Shown here: piece after piece, positions 30,847 through 41,492 of the stretch
Numbering within the stretch: the stretch's first letter is position 1
How the letters are laid out: each line of letters starts with the position of its first letter
From: Desulfobacteraceae bacterium UBA2156
GTDB taxonomy: Bacteria > Desulfobacterota > Desulfobacteria > Desulfobacterales > UBA2156
Length of the DNA: 64,000 nt
Direction of reading: 5' to 3'
Assembly: GCA_002328165.1 (NCBI GenBank)
Contig: DCWS01000029.1
Span: 46,387 to 110,386 of the forward strand
Translations under genes and position numbers: made by a program
The notes under the pieces: model-generated
Told to the model about the DNA's origin: nothing
Database searches by the model: none
The model's input: only the letters and a program-made list of their open reading frames with translations

Positions 30847-31050
30847 GAATGGTGCCCCAAATCCCATAAGCGCTAAGTTATTTTTACACCGGGGGACCGT
30901 GGAAGGTTAACTGAAAAAAAATGAATATTCGAACATCGAACGTCCAACATCGAATGTTGAATGGGAAAAGATAAAGAAACAGACTTATTACTTAGAAAAA
31001 CGGTAAGTGTTGCGGTAAGGATGGAGGAAAGAGAAAGGAATTTTTTCCAA

Positions 31051-33129
31051 ATGGAAGATAAAATTCGCTGGGTGAAGACACATTGTGGAAGAATGGACCA
31101 TGGAGGTTGCGCCCTTCTGGCTGGGGTCAAGGATAACGAAATCGTAAAGGTTAAAGGAGATCCGGACGGTTTTTTAAACAAGGGCTATGTTTGTCCCAAA
31201 GGCCTGGCCTCGCCGGACCGACTCTCCCATCCTGATCGCCTCAAACACCCATTGAAGCGGGTCGGGAAACAGGGAGAAGGAAAATGGGAACGGATATCCT
31301 GGCCCAATGCCATCGAGGAAATCAGTGAAAACCTCAACAGAATAAAAACAAAGTATGGGGCCAAAGGTGTCGCCTTCTGCCAAGGCATGCCTAAAGGGCT
31401 GGAACTTTTTGTGCTGATTCGCCTGGCCAATATCTTCGGTTCTCCCAACGCGGTTGGAATACAGGACGTCTGTCATATACCGCGTGAAATAACAGGGAAC
31501 CACAGCTGCGGGTTTTATCCTGTGACAGATTTCCATCACCCCAGTAAGCTTGTCATGCTCTGGGGAAGCAATATCACCAGCACCAACGAGGAAGGAACCA
31601 TATGCAGCCTTCTGTTAAACCAAATGAAAAATGGAACCGAGCTGATTGGTATAGACCCCAAAAAGACAGAGTTGGCGGGTAGGGCCAAGTTCTGGCTTCA
31701 GATTAGACCGGGTTCGGATAATGCCCTGGCACTCGCTTTTCTAAATGTGGTTATCGAGGAAGGGCTTTATGATCGAATGTTCGTTGAAAACTGGACATAC
31801 GGTTTTGACGAGCTGGCCGTTCATGTACGGGAATATACCCCGGAGAAAATGTCCGAGGTAACCTGGGTGCCTGCACATCTCATTCGAGACGCTGCAAGGT
31901 TTTATGCCCGGTCCAGTCCAGCAGCAATCCAGTGGGGGAATCCCATTGAACACAATGTACACACGTTCGATACGGTGAGGGCGCTTGTTTGTCTGATGTC
32001 CATATGCGGAAACCTGGATGTACCGGGCGGCAACATTCAGGCCAATGAGCCCAAAACCAGTAACTTAGGACGGTTTGTGAGGGCCGATCTCATACCTTCA
32101 AAAAGAAAGGAAATGATTCATACCTATCATCACACCATTCCCAGACTGATGAATGTCCCACCCGCTTTTTTCAGAAAAGCGGTTCTGGAAGGGTTCCCCT
32201 ATCCTGTGAAAGGGGCCTACATGCAGGGAACCAACCCCATGCTTACCTATGCGGATAGCCGAAAGACGCACGAAACTTTAATGAACCTGGATTATTTGGT
32301 TGTTTCTGACATATTTATGACCCCGACAGCCGCCTTTGCGAACGTGGTGCTCCCGGCCGCCACTCAATTCGAATTCAATGATATCGGTCATTGGGGCATG
32401 GGGCATGGTCTTATATTGGCCCGACCCAAGGTGGTTGATCCCCCTGTGGAATGCTGGCCTGACATAAAGATACTGAATGAATTGGGCAAAGCCATCACAT
32501 CCGGTGAATACTGGTACAAGGACTATGAGGAGCTTTTAGAAGAGGTTGTGAAACCAAGTGGCCTCAGCTACGAAGAGTTTGCGGATAAGGGATATCTAAA
32601 GGGCCAAGATCTATTCAAAAAGTACCTATCTTCGGGTTTTAAAACACCGACTGGGAAGGTGGAGTTGGCCTTATCTCAGGCGGAAAAATATAAACTCCCT
32701 TTGCTGCCTCGATTTGTTGGCCTTCCAGAGGAGAGTAATATTCAGTACCCTCTGGTCCTCACCAGTTCCAAGAGCCGCTATTACCTCCATTCCTCCTACA
32801 GGTGGGTAGATCGATTAAGAAAACATAGACCACATCCAAAAACTGAGATCCATCCGGAGACTGCTGCAAAGTATGGTATCCAAGAAGGAGATGAGGTAAT
32901 CATTGAAACAGAGCGGGGCGAGATAGTCCAAATGGCTCATCTAACCGAAAGGATGCATCCAAAGGTCATTAACGCGGCCTACGGGTGGTGGTTCCGGGAA
33001 GGGAAGGCTGAATCTCAATATGACTGGGAGAAATCCAACTTTAACATCCTTACCTCAATGGAGAAATTGGGAAAGGAGTTCGGCACACCCAACCTCAAAG
33101 GAATCGGATGTAGCGTAAGAAGAAAATAA
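31051..33129 (+). CDS. Molybdopterin-dependent oxidoreductase (DMSO-reductase superfamily), no Tat signal
   Basis: The track ORF starts at 30961. The ATG at 31051 (MEDKIRWVKTHCGRMDHGGCALLAGV..) fits the usual N-terminus better. The body is typical of molybdopterin oxidoreductases (..VVSDIFMTPTAAFANVVLPAATQFE..), with a C-terminal molydop-binding beta-barrel (..HPETAAKYGIQEGDEVIIETERGE..). The N-terminal Cys pattern is not the canonical CxxCxxxC. Confidence 0.85.
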   Translation: MEDKIRWVKTHCGRMDHGGCALLAGVKDNEIVKVKGDPDGFLNKGYVCPKGLASPDRLSHPDRLKHPLKRVGKQGEGKWERISWPNAIEEISENLNRIKTKYGAKGVAFCQGMPKGLELFVLIRLANIFGSPNAVGIQDVCHIPREITGNHSCGFYPVTDFHHPSKLVMLWGSNITSTNEEGTICSLLLNQMKNGTELIGIDPKKTELAGRAKFWLQIRPGSDNALALAFLNVVIEEGLYDRMFVENWTYGFDELAVHVREYTPEKMSEVTWVPAHLIRDAARFYARSSPAAIQWGNPIEHNVHTFDTVRALVCLMSICGNLDVPGGNIQANEPKTSNLGRFVRADLIPSKRKEMIHTYHHTIPRLMNVPPAFFRKAVLEGFPYPVKGAYMQGTNPMLTYADSRKTHETLMNLDYLVVSDIFMTPTAAFANVVLPAATQFEFNDIGHWGMGHGLILARPKVVDPPVECWPDIKILNELGKAITSGEYWYKDYEELLEEVVKPSGLSYEEFADKGYLKGQDLFKKYLSSGFKTPTGKVELALSQAEKYKLPLLPRFVGLPEESNIQYPLVLTSSKSRYYLHSSYRWVDRLRKHRPHPKTEIHPETAAKYGIQEGDEVIIETERGEIVQMAHLTERMHPKVINAAYGWWFREGKAESQYDWEKSNFNILTSMEKLGKEFGTPNLKGIGCSVRRK

Positions 33130-33185
33130 TCGTGAAAAACAGCAAAATCTGAAAGAAACCAGGTTTTGATTGCAAAAGGTATGTC

Positions 33186-34616
33186 CTAGAGTTTTCTTAA
33201 AATTTTAAACACTGCGCCTTCAAGTATCAACTTTGGATTCTGTCCGGTTGACTTGAGTCGCAGATCTGCTTCTCTCAGAGACTCAATTGCATGGATCAAT
33301 TCTTTTTTAGTAAAATTTTCGGATTGTTGGAGCATCATGTAAACCGGGTAAGGACTCTTTGGGGTTTTTGCAATGAGCAGATCGGTGATGGTTTTTTTCT
33401 TGGCGGTCTCACCGGTTTCCCATGTCTCAACCGCTTTAATGAACAACCGGTCATAATTTTCAACCCCGGGGAATACCTCTCTTTTGAAATAGCCGTAGTC
33501 ACGCCCTGAATCCCAAAGCCTACCCTGATCGCTATCGGTAAAATCCTTAAGCTGGATCATTCTCCGGAACAGATTCGCCATGGCGGTCAGGATCTGTAGC
33601 GGATGGAAACCGGCTGCAAGGAGGGAATCTAAAAAAAAGAGCGCTCCATGAATGTTTTTGTCCAGTACGGAACCGGTCAGATCGTACACCGGATCTTTTT
33701 TGGTGCGGTGTAAAACAGCTTCAATGTCCTCAATCGTTATCTTTTTTCGATCTCCCGCATAACTGATCAGTTTCTCCAGGTTATTTGAAAACGTTCGAAG
33801 GTCGAAGCCGGTCATTTCAACCAGTACCTGATAAGCATCCCTCGTCATTGTTTTCTTGTTTTTGGAAAGAATTCTCCCCATTTCTTCATAAAGAACCGCC
33901 TCCTGCACCTTCTTGTCCGCAGTACGATCTCCTTTTGGCACAGAACAATCAATAATGATTCCGTTTTTGTCGATGGTGTTATAAAGACGTCGTCTTTTAT
34001 CTACCAAATCGGTGGTGATAATCAGATGATTATCGCCCGGAAAACCGTTTTCGATCGCTTTTTCCAAAACCTCTCCGGTATCCATCATCGATGGAATGGT
34101 CATACCATGGTCCCGGCAGTAATCGATGATCTTGTCAATCCAGTGGCCGGCCTGGGAATCTAAAAGGTCAACCACAGCGATTTTGTCTCGATATACCTCG
34201 CGCAAATCATCGAAGGAAAGATTCGAAAAGGCCAGATAGCTTAAGAGGTGTTTTGCCGCTTTATGGATCTTGTCCTTATCATAGGCTTCATGCGCTTTTT
34301 CGAGAAACTTTTCTTGATCTTCTTTTCTGTAAAAAACCTTTGAATCGCAAATCGCCACAATCTTTTTCCCCAAAAGGAGAGAAAATGTATTTATTCGCTC
34401 AACCGCTTCGGGAATATTCTCATTTGCACCTTCTATCGGCTCATAGTTAAAGTCCTTCAAAGCGCCGGGCGAATCTGATATAATCCGGTTTAAAACGCCC
34501 TCTAATGCTTTTTTATAGAGTAGTTCGTCGCCATAGATCAAATAGACCGGTGCCACCTGCTTTTTCTTTAGATCATGAAGATATGTTTTTAGATGTTTAT
34601 AATTGAGTACAGACAT
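33186..34616 (-). CDS. holA: DNA polymerase III delta subunit-like protein (long form)
   Basis: The 476-aa product has an N-terminus APVYLIYGDELLYKKALEGVLNRI, typical of HolA, and a C-terminal helical domain. It is longer than the usual ~330 aa because of an internal insertion. Confidence 0.62.
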   Translation of the reverse strand: MSVLNYKHLKTYLHDLKKKQVAPVYLIYGDELLYKKALEGVLNRIISDSPGALKDFNYEPIEGANENIPEAVERINTFSLLLGKKIVAICDSKVFYRKEDQEKFLEKAHEAYDKDKIHKAAKHLLSYLAFSNLSFDDLREVYRDKIAVVDLLDSQAGHWIDKIIDYCRDHGMTIPSMMDTGEVLEKAIENGFPGDNHLIITTDLVDKRRRLYNTIDKNGIIIDCSVPKGDRTADKKVQEAVLYEEMGRILSKNKKTMTRDAYQVLVEMTGFDLRTFSNNLEKLISYAGDRKKITIEDIEAVLHRTKKDPVYDLTGSVLDKNIHGALFFLDSLLAAGFHPLQILTAMANLFRRMIQLKDFTDSDQGRLWDSGRDYGYFKREVFPGVENYDRLFIKAVETWETGETAKKKTITDLLIAKTPKSPYPVYMMLQQSENFTKKELIHAIESLREADLRLKSTGQNPKLILEGAVFKILRKL

Positions 34617-34665
34617 GGTGCCATAAGAGAGATAATTGTGTTAATCACTTTTGGTTGATACCATT

Positions 34666-35157
34666 TCATTCCGGCATCTTTTTGAAGAGAAGATGGAATA
34701 AAAAAATCACGATACCCACAGAGACGGCACTGTCTGCAATATTAAAAGCGGGCCAGTGAAAATCATCGAGATAAAAATCGAGAAAGTCAACCACTTTTCC
34801 AAAACGGACCCTGTCGATCAGATTTCCAACAGCCCCTCCCAGGATCAATGAAATCCCTGTTGCAAGCAAGGGCAAGGTTTTCGGTGTATTTTTATACAGA
34901 TAAAAAACGAGACCTATCGATAGCAGAGAGCCGGTCAGAAAAACAATGCTTCGCAGACCTGAAGGCTGTTGGGCAAGAAATCCAAAAGCACCTCCTGGGT
35001 TTTGGATGTGGGTAAGGTTGAACAGACCGGGTATGACCGGAACAGAGCTGTAAAGGGAGAGTCTGTTTACAATGATGGCCTTGGCGACTTGGTCAAAAAC
35101 AACCACCAATCCGGAAATGGCGGCGAGTCTAATGTATTTGTTATCGGTGTTTTTCAT
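34666..35157 (-). CDS. lspA: Lipoprotein signal peptidase (signal peptidase II)
   Basis: The 163-aa product has 4 TM helices and the motifs IQNPGGAFGFL and FNIADSAVSVG. Confidence 0.92.
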   Translation of the reverse strand: MKNTDNKYIRLAAISGLVVVFDQVAKAIIVNRLSLYSSVPVIPGLFNLTHIQNPGGAFGFLAQQPSGLRSIVFLTGSLLSIGLVFYLYKNTPKTLPLLATGISLILGGAVGNLIDRVRFGKVVDFLDFYLDDFHWPAFNIADSAVSVGIVIFLFHLLFKKMPE

Positions 35158-35190
35158 CTCTTCCCCGGCTCATCACCGGTTACCGACAGA

Positions 35191-38019
35191 CTAAATTTTC
35201 TGATCCTGTGTCTGGGCATCCAATTTTAACTCACCCAGCACATCTATGCACCGATCACAAATCGTGGGATGATCTGCGCTTTGTCCGATCGTTGGCTCGT
35301 GTACCCAGCACCGTTCGCATTTGTCACCCTTCGCGGGTTCAACGAGGATCGAAAGATCCTTGATTTCAGCGCTTTCATAGGCGTCTGCCGATTTTTCGCT
35401 TTTTACCAGCGTTGCCCGGGAAACAATAAATACGGATCTTAAATCATCAGAAAACTGCATAAGTTTTTGATACAAATCTCCATTTGAAGCGATCGTAACG
35501 GCGGCATCCAGCGGGTGTCCAATCCTCTTCTCAGCCCTGGCTTTCTCGAGTGCTTTGGTCACCTCCCCCCGAACCGCTATCAACTGTTCCCATCTTTCAG
35601 CCAAATTATCGTCTTTCCATTCTTCTTTTACGTCCGGCATTGATAAGAGATGGATACTTATCTCATTTTCTCCCCTACCCGGCATATATTGCCAAATTTC
35701 TTCCCCTGTAAAGGAAAGTATAGGTGCCATCAGCCTGACAAGTGTTTCCAACACCGTATGCATGACGGTCTGGGCGCTTCTTCTCCCCGGAGAACCCGAC
35801 GCCGATGTGTATAGCCGGTCTTTGAGTATATCAAGGTAAAATGCGGAAAGATCGAGGGTGCAATAATTGTAAAGCCCATGGTAAATGGAGTGAAATTCAT
35901 AGGTATCATAAGCCTTGCGTGTCTTCTCAACCAGTTCCTGGAGTTTGTGGAGAGCGAACCGGTCGATATCCGGCATCGATCCAAAAGGTACCTGATCGTT
36001 TTCCGGATCAAAATCCGATAGATTTCCCAACATAAATCTGCAGGTATTCCGGATCCGCCGATAGGCATCGGTCAACTGCTTCAGGATATTTTCTGAAATA
36101 CGGATATCCTCTCTGTAATCCGTTGCCGACACCCAAAGACGTAGAATTTCAGCACCGTATCTATCGATTACCTTTCTTGGGGAAACAATATTCCCGATCG
36201 ATTTAGACATTTTTTTTCCATCCGCGTCGACCACAAATCCATGGGTTAACACCGCATCGTAGGGTGCGCGATCCCTCGTGCCAACCGACGTCAGGAGGGA
36301 GCTGTGAAACCATCCACGATGCTGATCACTTCCCTCCAGGTAAAGATCGGCGGGCCATCTTAAATTCTCGCGCTGTTCCAATACCGCCGCGTGGCTGACA
36401 CCTGAATCAAACCATACATCCAGAATATCCGTCTCCTTAATGAAGGAAGCGCCCCCGCACTCGTTACAGATGGTACCCTCGGGAACAAAGTTCGCAACCT
36501 CCCTTTCAAACCAGATATCTGCACCGTGTTTTTCAAACAGATCATACACAGAATCCATGATTTCCCGATCGAGGAGAAGGGCTTCACAATCTTCACAGTA
36601 AAATACAGTTATCGGAACGCCCCATACTCGTTGTCTGGAAACACACCAGTCCGGACGGTTTTCAATCATGCTGTATATCCGGTCTTTTCCCCAGGACGGT
36701 ATCCACTCTACCCGATCGATTTCGGCAAGTGCTTTCTTTCTCAACTCTGTTTTCTCCATTGAAATAAACCATTGGGGGGTCGCCCGGAAAATAACGGGCT
36801 TTTTGCAGCGCCAGCAGTGTGGATAGGAGTGCTCAATCGTCTCCTCCTTGATGAGCATTCCGGAATCTCTCAATCGTGCATTGATTTCCTTATTGGCGGA
36901 AAATACGAATTTGCCTTTGAAAAAGTCGACCTCCTCTGTGAAACAACCACTATCATCCACGGGAGAGTATACATCAATACCATATTGGAGCCCCACCTCA
37001 TAATCTTCGCGTCCATGACCGGGGGCGGTATGGACACAGCCGGTTCCCTCCTCTAAAGTGACATGGGCGCCCAAAATGATCAAAGACTCCCGGTCATAGA
37101 GGGGATGGATACATTTTCTGTATTCAAGGGTTTTGGGATCGATGGAAACGAGGACTGAATAATCTGTAATACCAAAGGTCTGCATACACTGGTCCAACAG
37201 ATCCCGGGCAATGATAAAAACCACATCGTTTCCCACATCAACCGCAACATATTCAAGTTCGGGGTGCAGTGCCACGGCCAGATTGGCCGGGATGGTCCAA
37301 GGTGTGGTGGTCCAAATCAGAACAAAGACCTCTTTATTTGACAGCTCCGGAACTGTTTCACCGATTTTATCTTTCAAAGGGAATTTGACGTAAATCGATG
37401 GCGAAGACTCGTCATGATATTCGACCTCGGCCTCGGCAAGGGCGGTTTGACAGGTACTGCACCAGAAGATCGGTTTTTGGCTTCTGAAAAAACTCCCATT
37501 TCTGGCGAATTTCCCGCACTCCCTGGCGATGGTAGCTTCATACTTGTAGTTCATCGTCAGGTAGGGATTTTCCCAGTCACCAATGACACCGAGTCGCTTG
37601 AATTCTTTACGCTGGATGTCTATGAATTTTTCAGCATATGTACGGCACAACTTTCGGATCTCCGCCTGTGTAAGATCCTTTTTTTTGTCTCCGAGTTCCA
37701 GGTCAACATTGTGTTCGATCGGCAGACCGTGACAATCCCATCCCGGCACGTATACCGCGTCAAAACCTGACATCTGCCTGGAACGAACGATAATATCTTT
37801 CAAGATCTTATTCAGGGCGGTGCCGATGTGAATATAACCATTGGCATAGGGTGGTCCGTCATGCAAAACAAATAATTTTCGACCCTTGGATTTTTCCCTT
37901 ATCCGATCGTACAGGCTATTCTCTTCCCATGATTTTAACTGCTCAGGTTCGCGTTTCGATAGATTTGCTTTCATAGCAAAGGCGGTAGTTGGAAGGTTGA
38001 GTGTTTTTTTATAGTCCAT
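35191..38019 (-). CDS. ileS: Isoleucine--tRNA ligase
   Basis: The start is the ATG at 38019 ([20 protein letters not shown]). Motifs include [16 protein letters not shown] (HIGH region), KMSKS, and C-terminal zinc motifs CERCW..CDRC. The 86 extra N-terminal codons in the track ORF are an open leader, not protein. Confidence 0.97.
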   Translation of the reverse strand: MDYKKTLNLPTTAFAMKANLSKREPEQLKSWEENSLYDRIREKSKGRKLFVLHDGPPYANGYIHIGTALNKILKDIIVRSRQMSGFDAVYVPGWDCHGLPIEHNVDLELGDKKKDLTQAEIRKLCRTYAEKFIDIQRKEFKRLGVIGDWENPYLTMNYKYEATIARECGKFARNGSFFRSQKPIFWCSTCQTALAEAEVEYHDESSPSIYVKFPLKDKIGETVPELSNKEVFVLIWTTTPWTIPANLAVALHPELEYVAVDVGNDVVFIIARDLLDQCMQTFGITDYSVLVSIDPKTLEYRKCIHPLYDRESLIILGAHVTLEEGTGCVHTAPGHGREDYEVGLQYGIDVYSPVDDSGCFTEEVDFFKGKFVFSANKEINARLRDSGMLIKEETIEHSYPHCWRCKKPVIFRATPQWFISMEKTELRKKALAEIDRVEWIPSWGKDRIYSMIENRPDWCVSRQRVWGVPITVFYCEDCEALLLDREIMDSVYDLFEKHGADIWFEREVANFVPEGTICNECGGASFIKETDILDVWFDSGVSHAAVLEQRENLRWPADLYLEGSDQHRGWFHSSLLTSVGTRDRAPYDAVLTHGFVVDADGKKMSKSIGNIVSPRKVIDRYGAEILRLWVSATDYREDIRISENILKQLTDAYRRIRNTCRFMLGNLSDFDPENDQVPFGSMPDIDRFALHKLQELVEKTRKAYDTYEFHSIYHGLYNYCTLDLSAFYLDILKDRLYTSASGSPGRRSAQTVMHTVLETLVRLMAPILSFTGEEIWQYMPGRGENEISIHLLSMPDVKEEWKDDNLAERWEQLIAVRGEVTKALEKARAEKRIGHPLDAAVTIASNGDLYQKLMQFSDDLRSVFIVSRATLVKSEKSADAYESAEIKDLSILVEPAKGDKCERCWVHEPTIGQSADHPTICDRCIDVLGELKLDAQTQDQKI

Positions 38020-38477
38020 TGATTCCCCACAAATACTTTGGTTCCAAATAGCAAGCGCCAATCCTTTCCCCGAAGTGACTGGATTGGCGAACAACAAAAT
38101 CGAGGGTAATTTCCACCATGTCACCGACAACGATACCGCATCGAGGAAATCGGTGCTTTGAAGATGCCCATCCCGTTCCTGCTCACCGGTCCAAATTTGT
38201 GTCGCATCGATGGTCACCTCGAACCAAACAAAAAAATAAAATTCAAAACATCCTAGTACAGGTAATTTAGATATCACATGGCAACCTCAAATGTAAACAG
38301 ATCTATTCGTAAAACCGTAATATGGAAAGTGAAGCGGTTACGATGGCACCTATAAAAGAGGCATCGATCCTTCGTCATCGCTTTTTAAAATGTTCGCCGA
38401 GAAATGCTGCGCCGGATGATCCTTACTTGACAAAGAGACCGAGTTGTCCGTATATTTGATGATCATCAGGGGGAGGC

Positions 38478-39647
38478 ATGCATCTTTTCGCACTCTTGTC
38501 TAATCTGCGATTCCAGGATATACTCGACATCCTGTTTCTTTCAGTGGTCGCCTATCATCTCTACCTTTGGTTTCAGGGAACAAAAGCCTTTAAGGCGCTG
38601 GTGGGATTGTTGGGCTTTGGGGTGATCTATACCATCGCCCAATCCTGGGGGCTTTTTTTGACCACCTGGGTATTTCAGGTTTTCTGGCAGGTTCTGGTCA
38701 TCCTCCTTATTATCCTCTTCCAATCTGAAATCCGTCAAGTCCTTGAACGGGTCAACCCCCTTTCCGCGCTCGGATTAAGAAAAATATCCAAACCCGAGCA
38801 TTGGATACCCGAGTTCTCAAAAGCGATCTTTTCCCTCGCAAAACGGAAAATCGGTGCTTTGGTGATCATTGAGCGGATGGACATGGTAGAAGACATGGTT
38901 ACTGACGGACAGGCGCTGTATGGAGAGCCTGGGCCCGAACTTCTAATGAGTATTTTTCATAAAGAATCCCCTTTACACGACGGCGCCATGCTAATCAGAA
39001 AGGGTCGAGTTGATCAGGTCGCGTGCTATCTACCTCTGAGCGCGGATGAAGGTCTCCCAAAGGAATGGGGCACCCGGCACCGAGCGGCTTTGGGTATCAC
39101 TCAACGTTGTGATGCCTGCGTGGTAGCGGTCTCTGAAGAACGGGGTAAAGTATCCTTTGCAAGGGGAAAGAAGGTGTCACCCGTGGATGATGCCGAAATA
39201 CTTTCTGACTGGTTGATAGAGGCGATTATCCCGGGCAGTCCCGAAAAAAACTCCTTATTGGAAAAGGCACTTTCAATCTTCCACCATCGCTGGCCGATAA
39301 AAATCGGCACCCTGGTTCTGGTGGGTCTGGTTTGGCTGCTGCTGGCAGGACAACAAAACTTTGAAGTGGCCATTGAGATTCCGCTGGAGATTAAAAACAT
39401 TCCCGCAAACATCGAGAGGCTCGGGACAACAAGCCCACAGGTGAAAATCACCGTTAGGGGGCTTCGAAAGGATGCCAGCACCCTGGACAAAAGCGACCTA
39501 CATGCCGGGATTGATCTTTCATCGGCACGATCCGGTATACAGTCTTTTCGTATCACACGTGATCAAATTGTTCTGCCGAACGATCGATTGTATGTCATTG
39601 AGATTGTCCCTTCAATTTTGCAATTTGAATTCCAAGAAAAACCATGA
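38478..39647 (+). CDS. cdaA: Diadenylate cyclase CdaA fused to a TM helix and a YbbR (CdaR-like) domain
   Basis: The product has three N-terminal TM helices and a DAC domain with LHDGAMLI and GTRHRAALG. These are followed by a TM segment (IGTLVLVGLVWLLLAG) and a YbbR-like beta domain (FEVAIEIPLEIKNIPAN..VKITVRG..). Confidence 0.85.
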   Translation: MHLFALLSNLRFQDILDILFLSVVAYHLYLWFQGTKAFKALVGLLGFGVIYTIAQSWGLFLTTWVFQVFWQVLVILLIILFQSEIRQVLERVNPLSALGLRKISKPEHWIPEFSKAIFSLAKRKIGALVIIERMDMVEDMVTDGQALYGEPGPELLMSIFHKESPLHDGAMLIRKGRVDQVACYLPLSADEGLPKEWGTRHRAALGITQRCDACVVAVSEERGKVSFARGKKVSPVDDAEILSDWLIEAIIPGSPEKNSLLEKALSIFHHRWPIKIGTLVLVGLVWLLLAGQQNFEVAIEIPLEIKNIPANIERLGTTSPQVKITVRGLRKDASTLDKSDLHAGIDLSSARSGIQSFRITRDQIVLPNDRLYVIEIVPSILQFEFQEKP

Positions 39648-40657
39648 GCAAATCCTCTACATCCCCCCGTCCCCAAGGAGAAATGACAAGTGCGGAACGG
39701 TTCCGGGAAATTATGCGGTTTGGATCTCCGGACCGCGTGCCCTACTTTGAAGAAGGCATTAGAGACGAAGTTATCAAAGCTTGACAAACAGAGGGACTGA
39801 CCCCGCAGACCGACCTCAATCAGCTCTTTCCAACCGATCGACGTCGGGAAATACAAATCGATCTGGAGCCATTGCCGAGACTTGAGAACTGGCCCATAGG
39901 CATCGCCGATCTCGATACGATGTAGGACAGACTCGACCATCTTGATCCCGACCGCTTTCCTGAAAATTGGTCGGATGTCGTTCGGAGTTCTAAAACAGAT
40001 GGCCAGGTAAACATGTTAAGGGTACACAGGGGCTTTTTCCAGTCCATGGGGGTTAAGGGGTGGGACCGGTTTCACAAATTGATGCAATTAACTGTTTACA
40101 ACCCGGAATTCGTACGCCAGGCGATGCTGATCCAGGGTCAATTTTCAACCAGGCTGGTTGAACGGGTACTCAATGAGATTCAGATCGATGCGGCCATCTT
40201 CAGCGAGCCGATCGGAGGAAATGACCGACCGCTGATCTCACCAAAGATGTATGAAGAACTGATGCTCAAAAGCTATTCCCCGATCCTGAAAGCTCTGAAC
40301 CGCGGGAAGGTTCACACGATCATTTTCAGAACTTACGCCAATGCAAAAATATTGATCCCGAGTATTTTGAAATGGTGCTTCAATTGCCTGTGGGCCTGTG
40401 AGGTCAACGCCGAAGCGATGGACTATCGGACACTGCGGCGGGAGTTTGGCCCTGATCTGCGTCTTATAGGAGGCATCGACCTCGATGCCCTGCGACAGGG
40501 AAAGGCGTCGATTAAGCGAGAATTGCACGCGAAAATTCCCCCGCTCCTTATAGGTGGATATGTGCCGATGGCTGACGGTCGGGTTCGCGAAGATGTAGCG
40601 TTTAAAAATTATATTTATTACCGCCGGTGGTTGAAAAAAATAACCGGGATCCTATAG
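39644..40657 (+). pseudogene. Uroporphyrinogen-decarboxylase (URO-D) family protein gene with two in-frame stop codons
   Basis: The ATG at 39644 overlaps the cdaA stop (ATGA). One frame reads MSKSSTSPRPQGEMTSAERFREIMRFGSPDRVPYFEEGIRDEVIKA-TGA(39782-39784)-QTEGL...ADLDTM-TAG(39923-39925)-DRLDHLDP... and continues into track ORF 40013..40657 (..IFSEPIGGNDRPLISPKMYEELM..). Confidence 0.7.
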
Positions 40658-40705
40658 TTACATGTGAAAAGGGTACATGGCTCAACACAAAAGAAACATA
40701 AGGAA

Positions 40706-41326
40706 ATGTTTTTGAAGAAATTTTTATTGGTAATCGGCCTTCTCCTGTTCATCTTTTTTCATTGATGTGCCACTTTTGCAGCTGCACCGCCTCCCGCCAT
40801 TTCAAAAAGACCGCCAACTCACGACCGGTTTTTTAAGCTTTTGGATACAGAGGTTAAAAAAGCAGGCGTACGGGATACCTCCAATGAATCGGTCACCGAT
40901 TTTCCATATCTTCGAAACAATCGCTTTCTAACTTTTCTAGGCAAAAGGTTGGAACATAATTATCAAAAAGAGCTGTGGGCTAAACAGATGTTGAAATTGA
41001 ATCTCAACGCCAGAAAAAAAATTCAACACCTCCCCGCCATTGCAATATTCCATCTGGCAGATCAACTCGGTTTCGAGCCCCAACGAAACGCTATACTGAA
41101 CCGGATAACCTATTTGGCTTCAAATCTTTTCAAATTCGATCAAGGACAGATAAATTACTATCAATCGATTCGATCCGCCGCCCCTTATCCAGACGAATAT
41201 TTTACTGCCTTGAGGGTTATCGGACTTTATCCAGTCGCCTCTTTACCCATTGCTTTTCTCACCACCCGCAAGACCAGAAGGGAATTCAAGACCTGGTATG
41301 CAACTCCCCTCGACCATGCCAATTGA
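40706..41326 (+). pseudogene. Secreted/lipoprotein-like hypothetical protein gene interrupted by an in-frame TGA and apparently 3'-truncated
   Basis: The frame reads MFLKKFLLVIGLLLFIFFH-TGA(40763-40765)-CATFAAAPPP... and continues in frame into track ORF 40841..41326 (..FPYLRNNRFLTFLG..). AGGAA precedes the ATG at 40706. Confidence 0.45.
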
Positions 41327-41492
41327 ATAACTCTGCAGGCCCTTTGAGGCGGGCGGGGAATGCGCTCGTTGTTTCGGTTCAGTTAGCCTGTAGCTTTCTG
41401 CTGGATGCTTGAAAATCTTTTTTAAATTGACCCACGGACAATCTACTGATAAGATCGATATGGTTTTCCAAAGGTCAAATGAGACAAAGCCG

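Noticed and set aside
30850-31050. Moco (molybdenum cofactor) riboswitch upstream of the molybdopterin oxidoreductase
   Set aside because: I found no multi-stem structure or conserved Moco-motif sequence. Only the short repeat/palindrome reported separately is present.
35191-38277. The 1028-aa IleS form with an 86-aa N-terminal extension
   Set aside because: Conserved IleS sequence begins at [10 protein letters not shown] (ATG at 38019). The extension has no similarity and unusual composition, and it overlaps the leader hairpin.
38020-38300. T-box riboswitch upstream of ileS
   Set aside because: The closest match to the T-box sequence is AUGGUGGAAAUUACCCUCG. It carries a 4-nt insertion relative to the highly conserved GGUGGUACC core. 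I could not build a convincing Stem I with an AUC specifier loop, nor a terminator/antiterminator pair with a U-tract. I kept only a generic structured-leader observation.
39782-39925. Selenocysteine (TGA) or pyrrolysine (TAG) recoding in the URO-D-family gene and the other interrupted genes
   Set aside because: The stops fall at positions where relatives appear to have Trp, Gln or Arg, not Cys or redox motifs. No convincing stem-loop follows the TGA at 39782; there is only a 3-bp GGG/CCC pairing. All large conserved genes in the window (secA, ileS, clpA, mfd, guaA) are free of internal TGA/TAG. TAA and frameshifts occur in neighbouring genes, which fits ordinary pseudogenisation.
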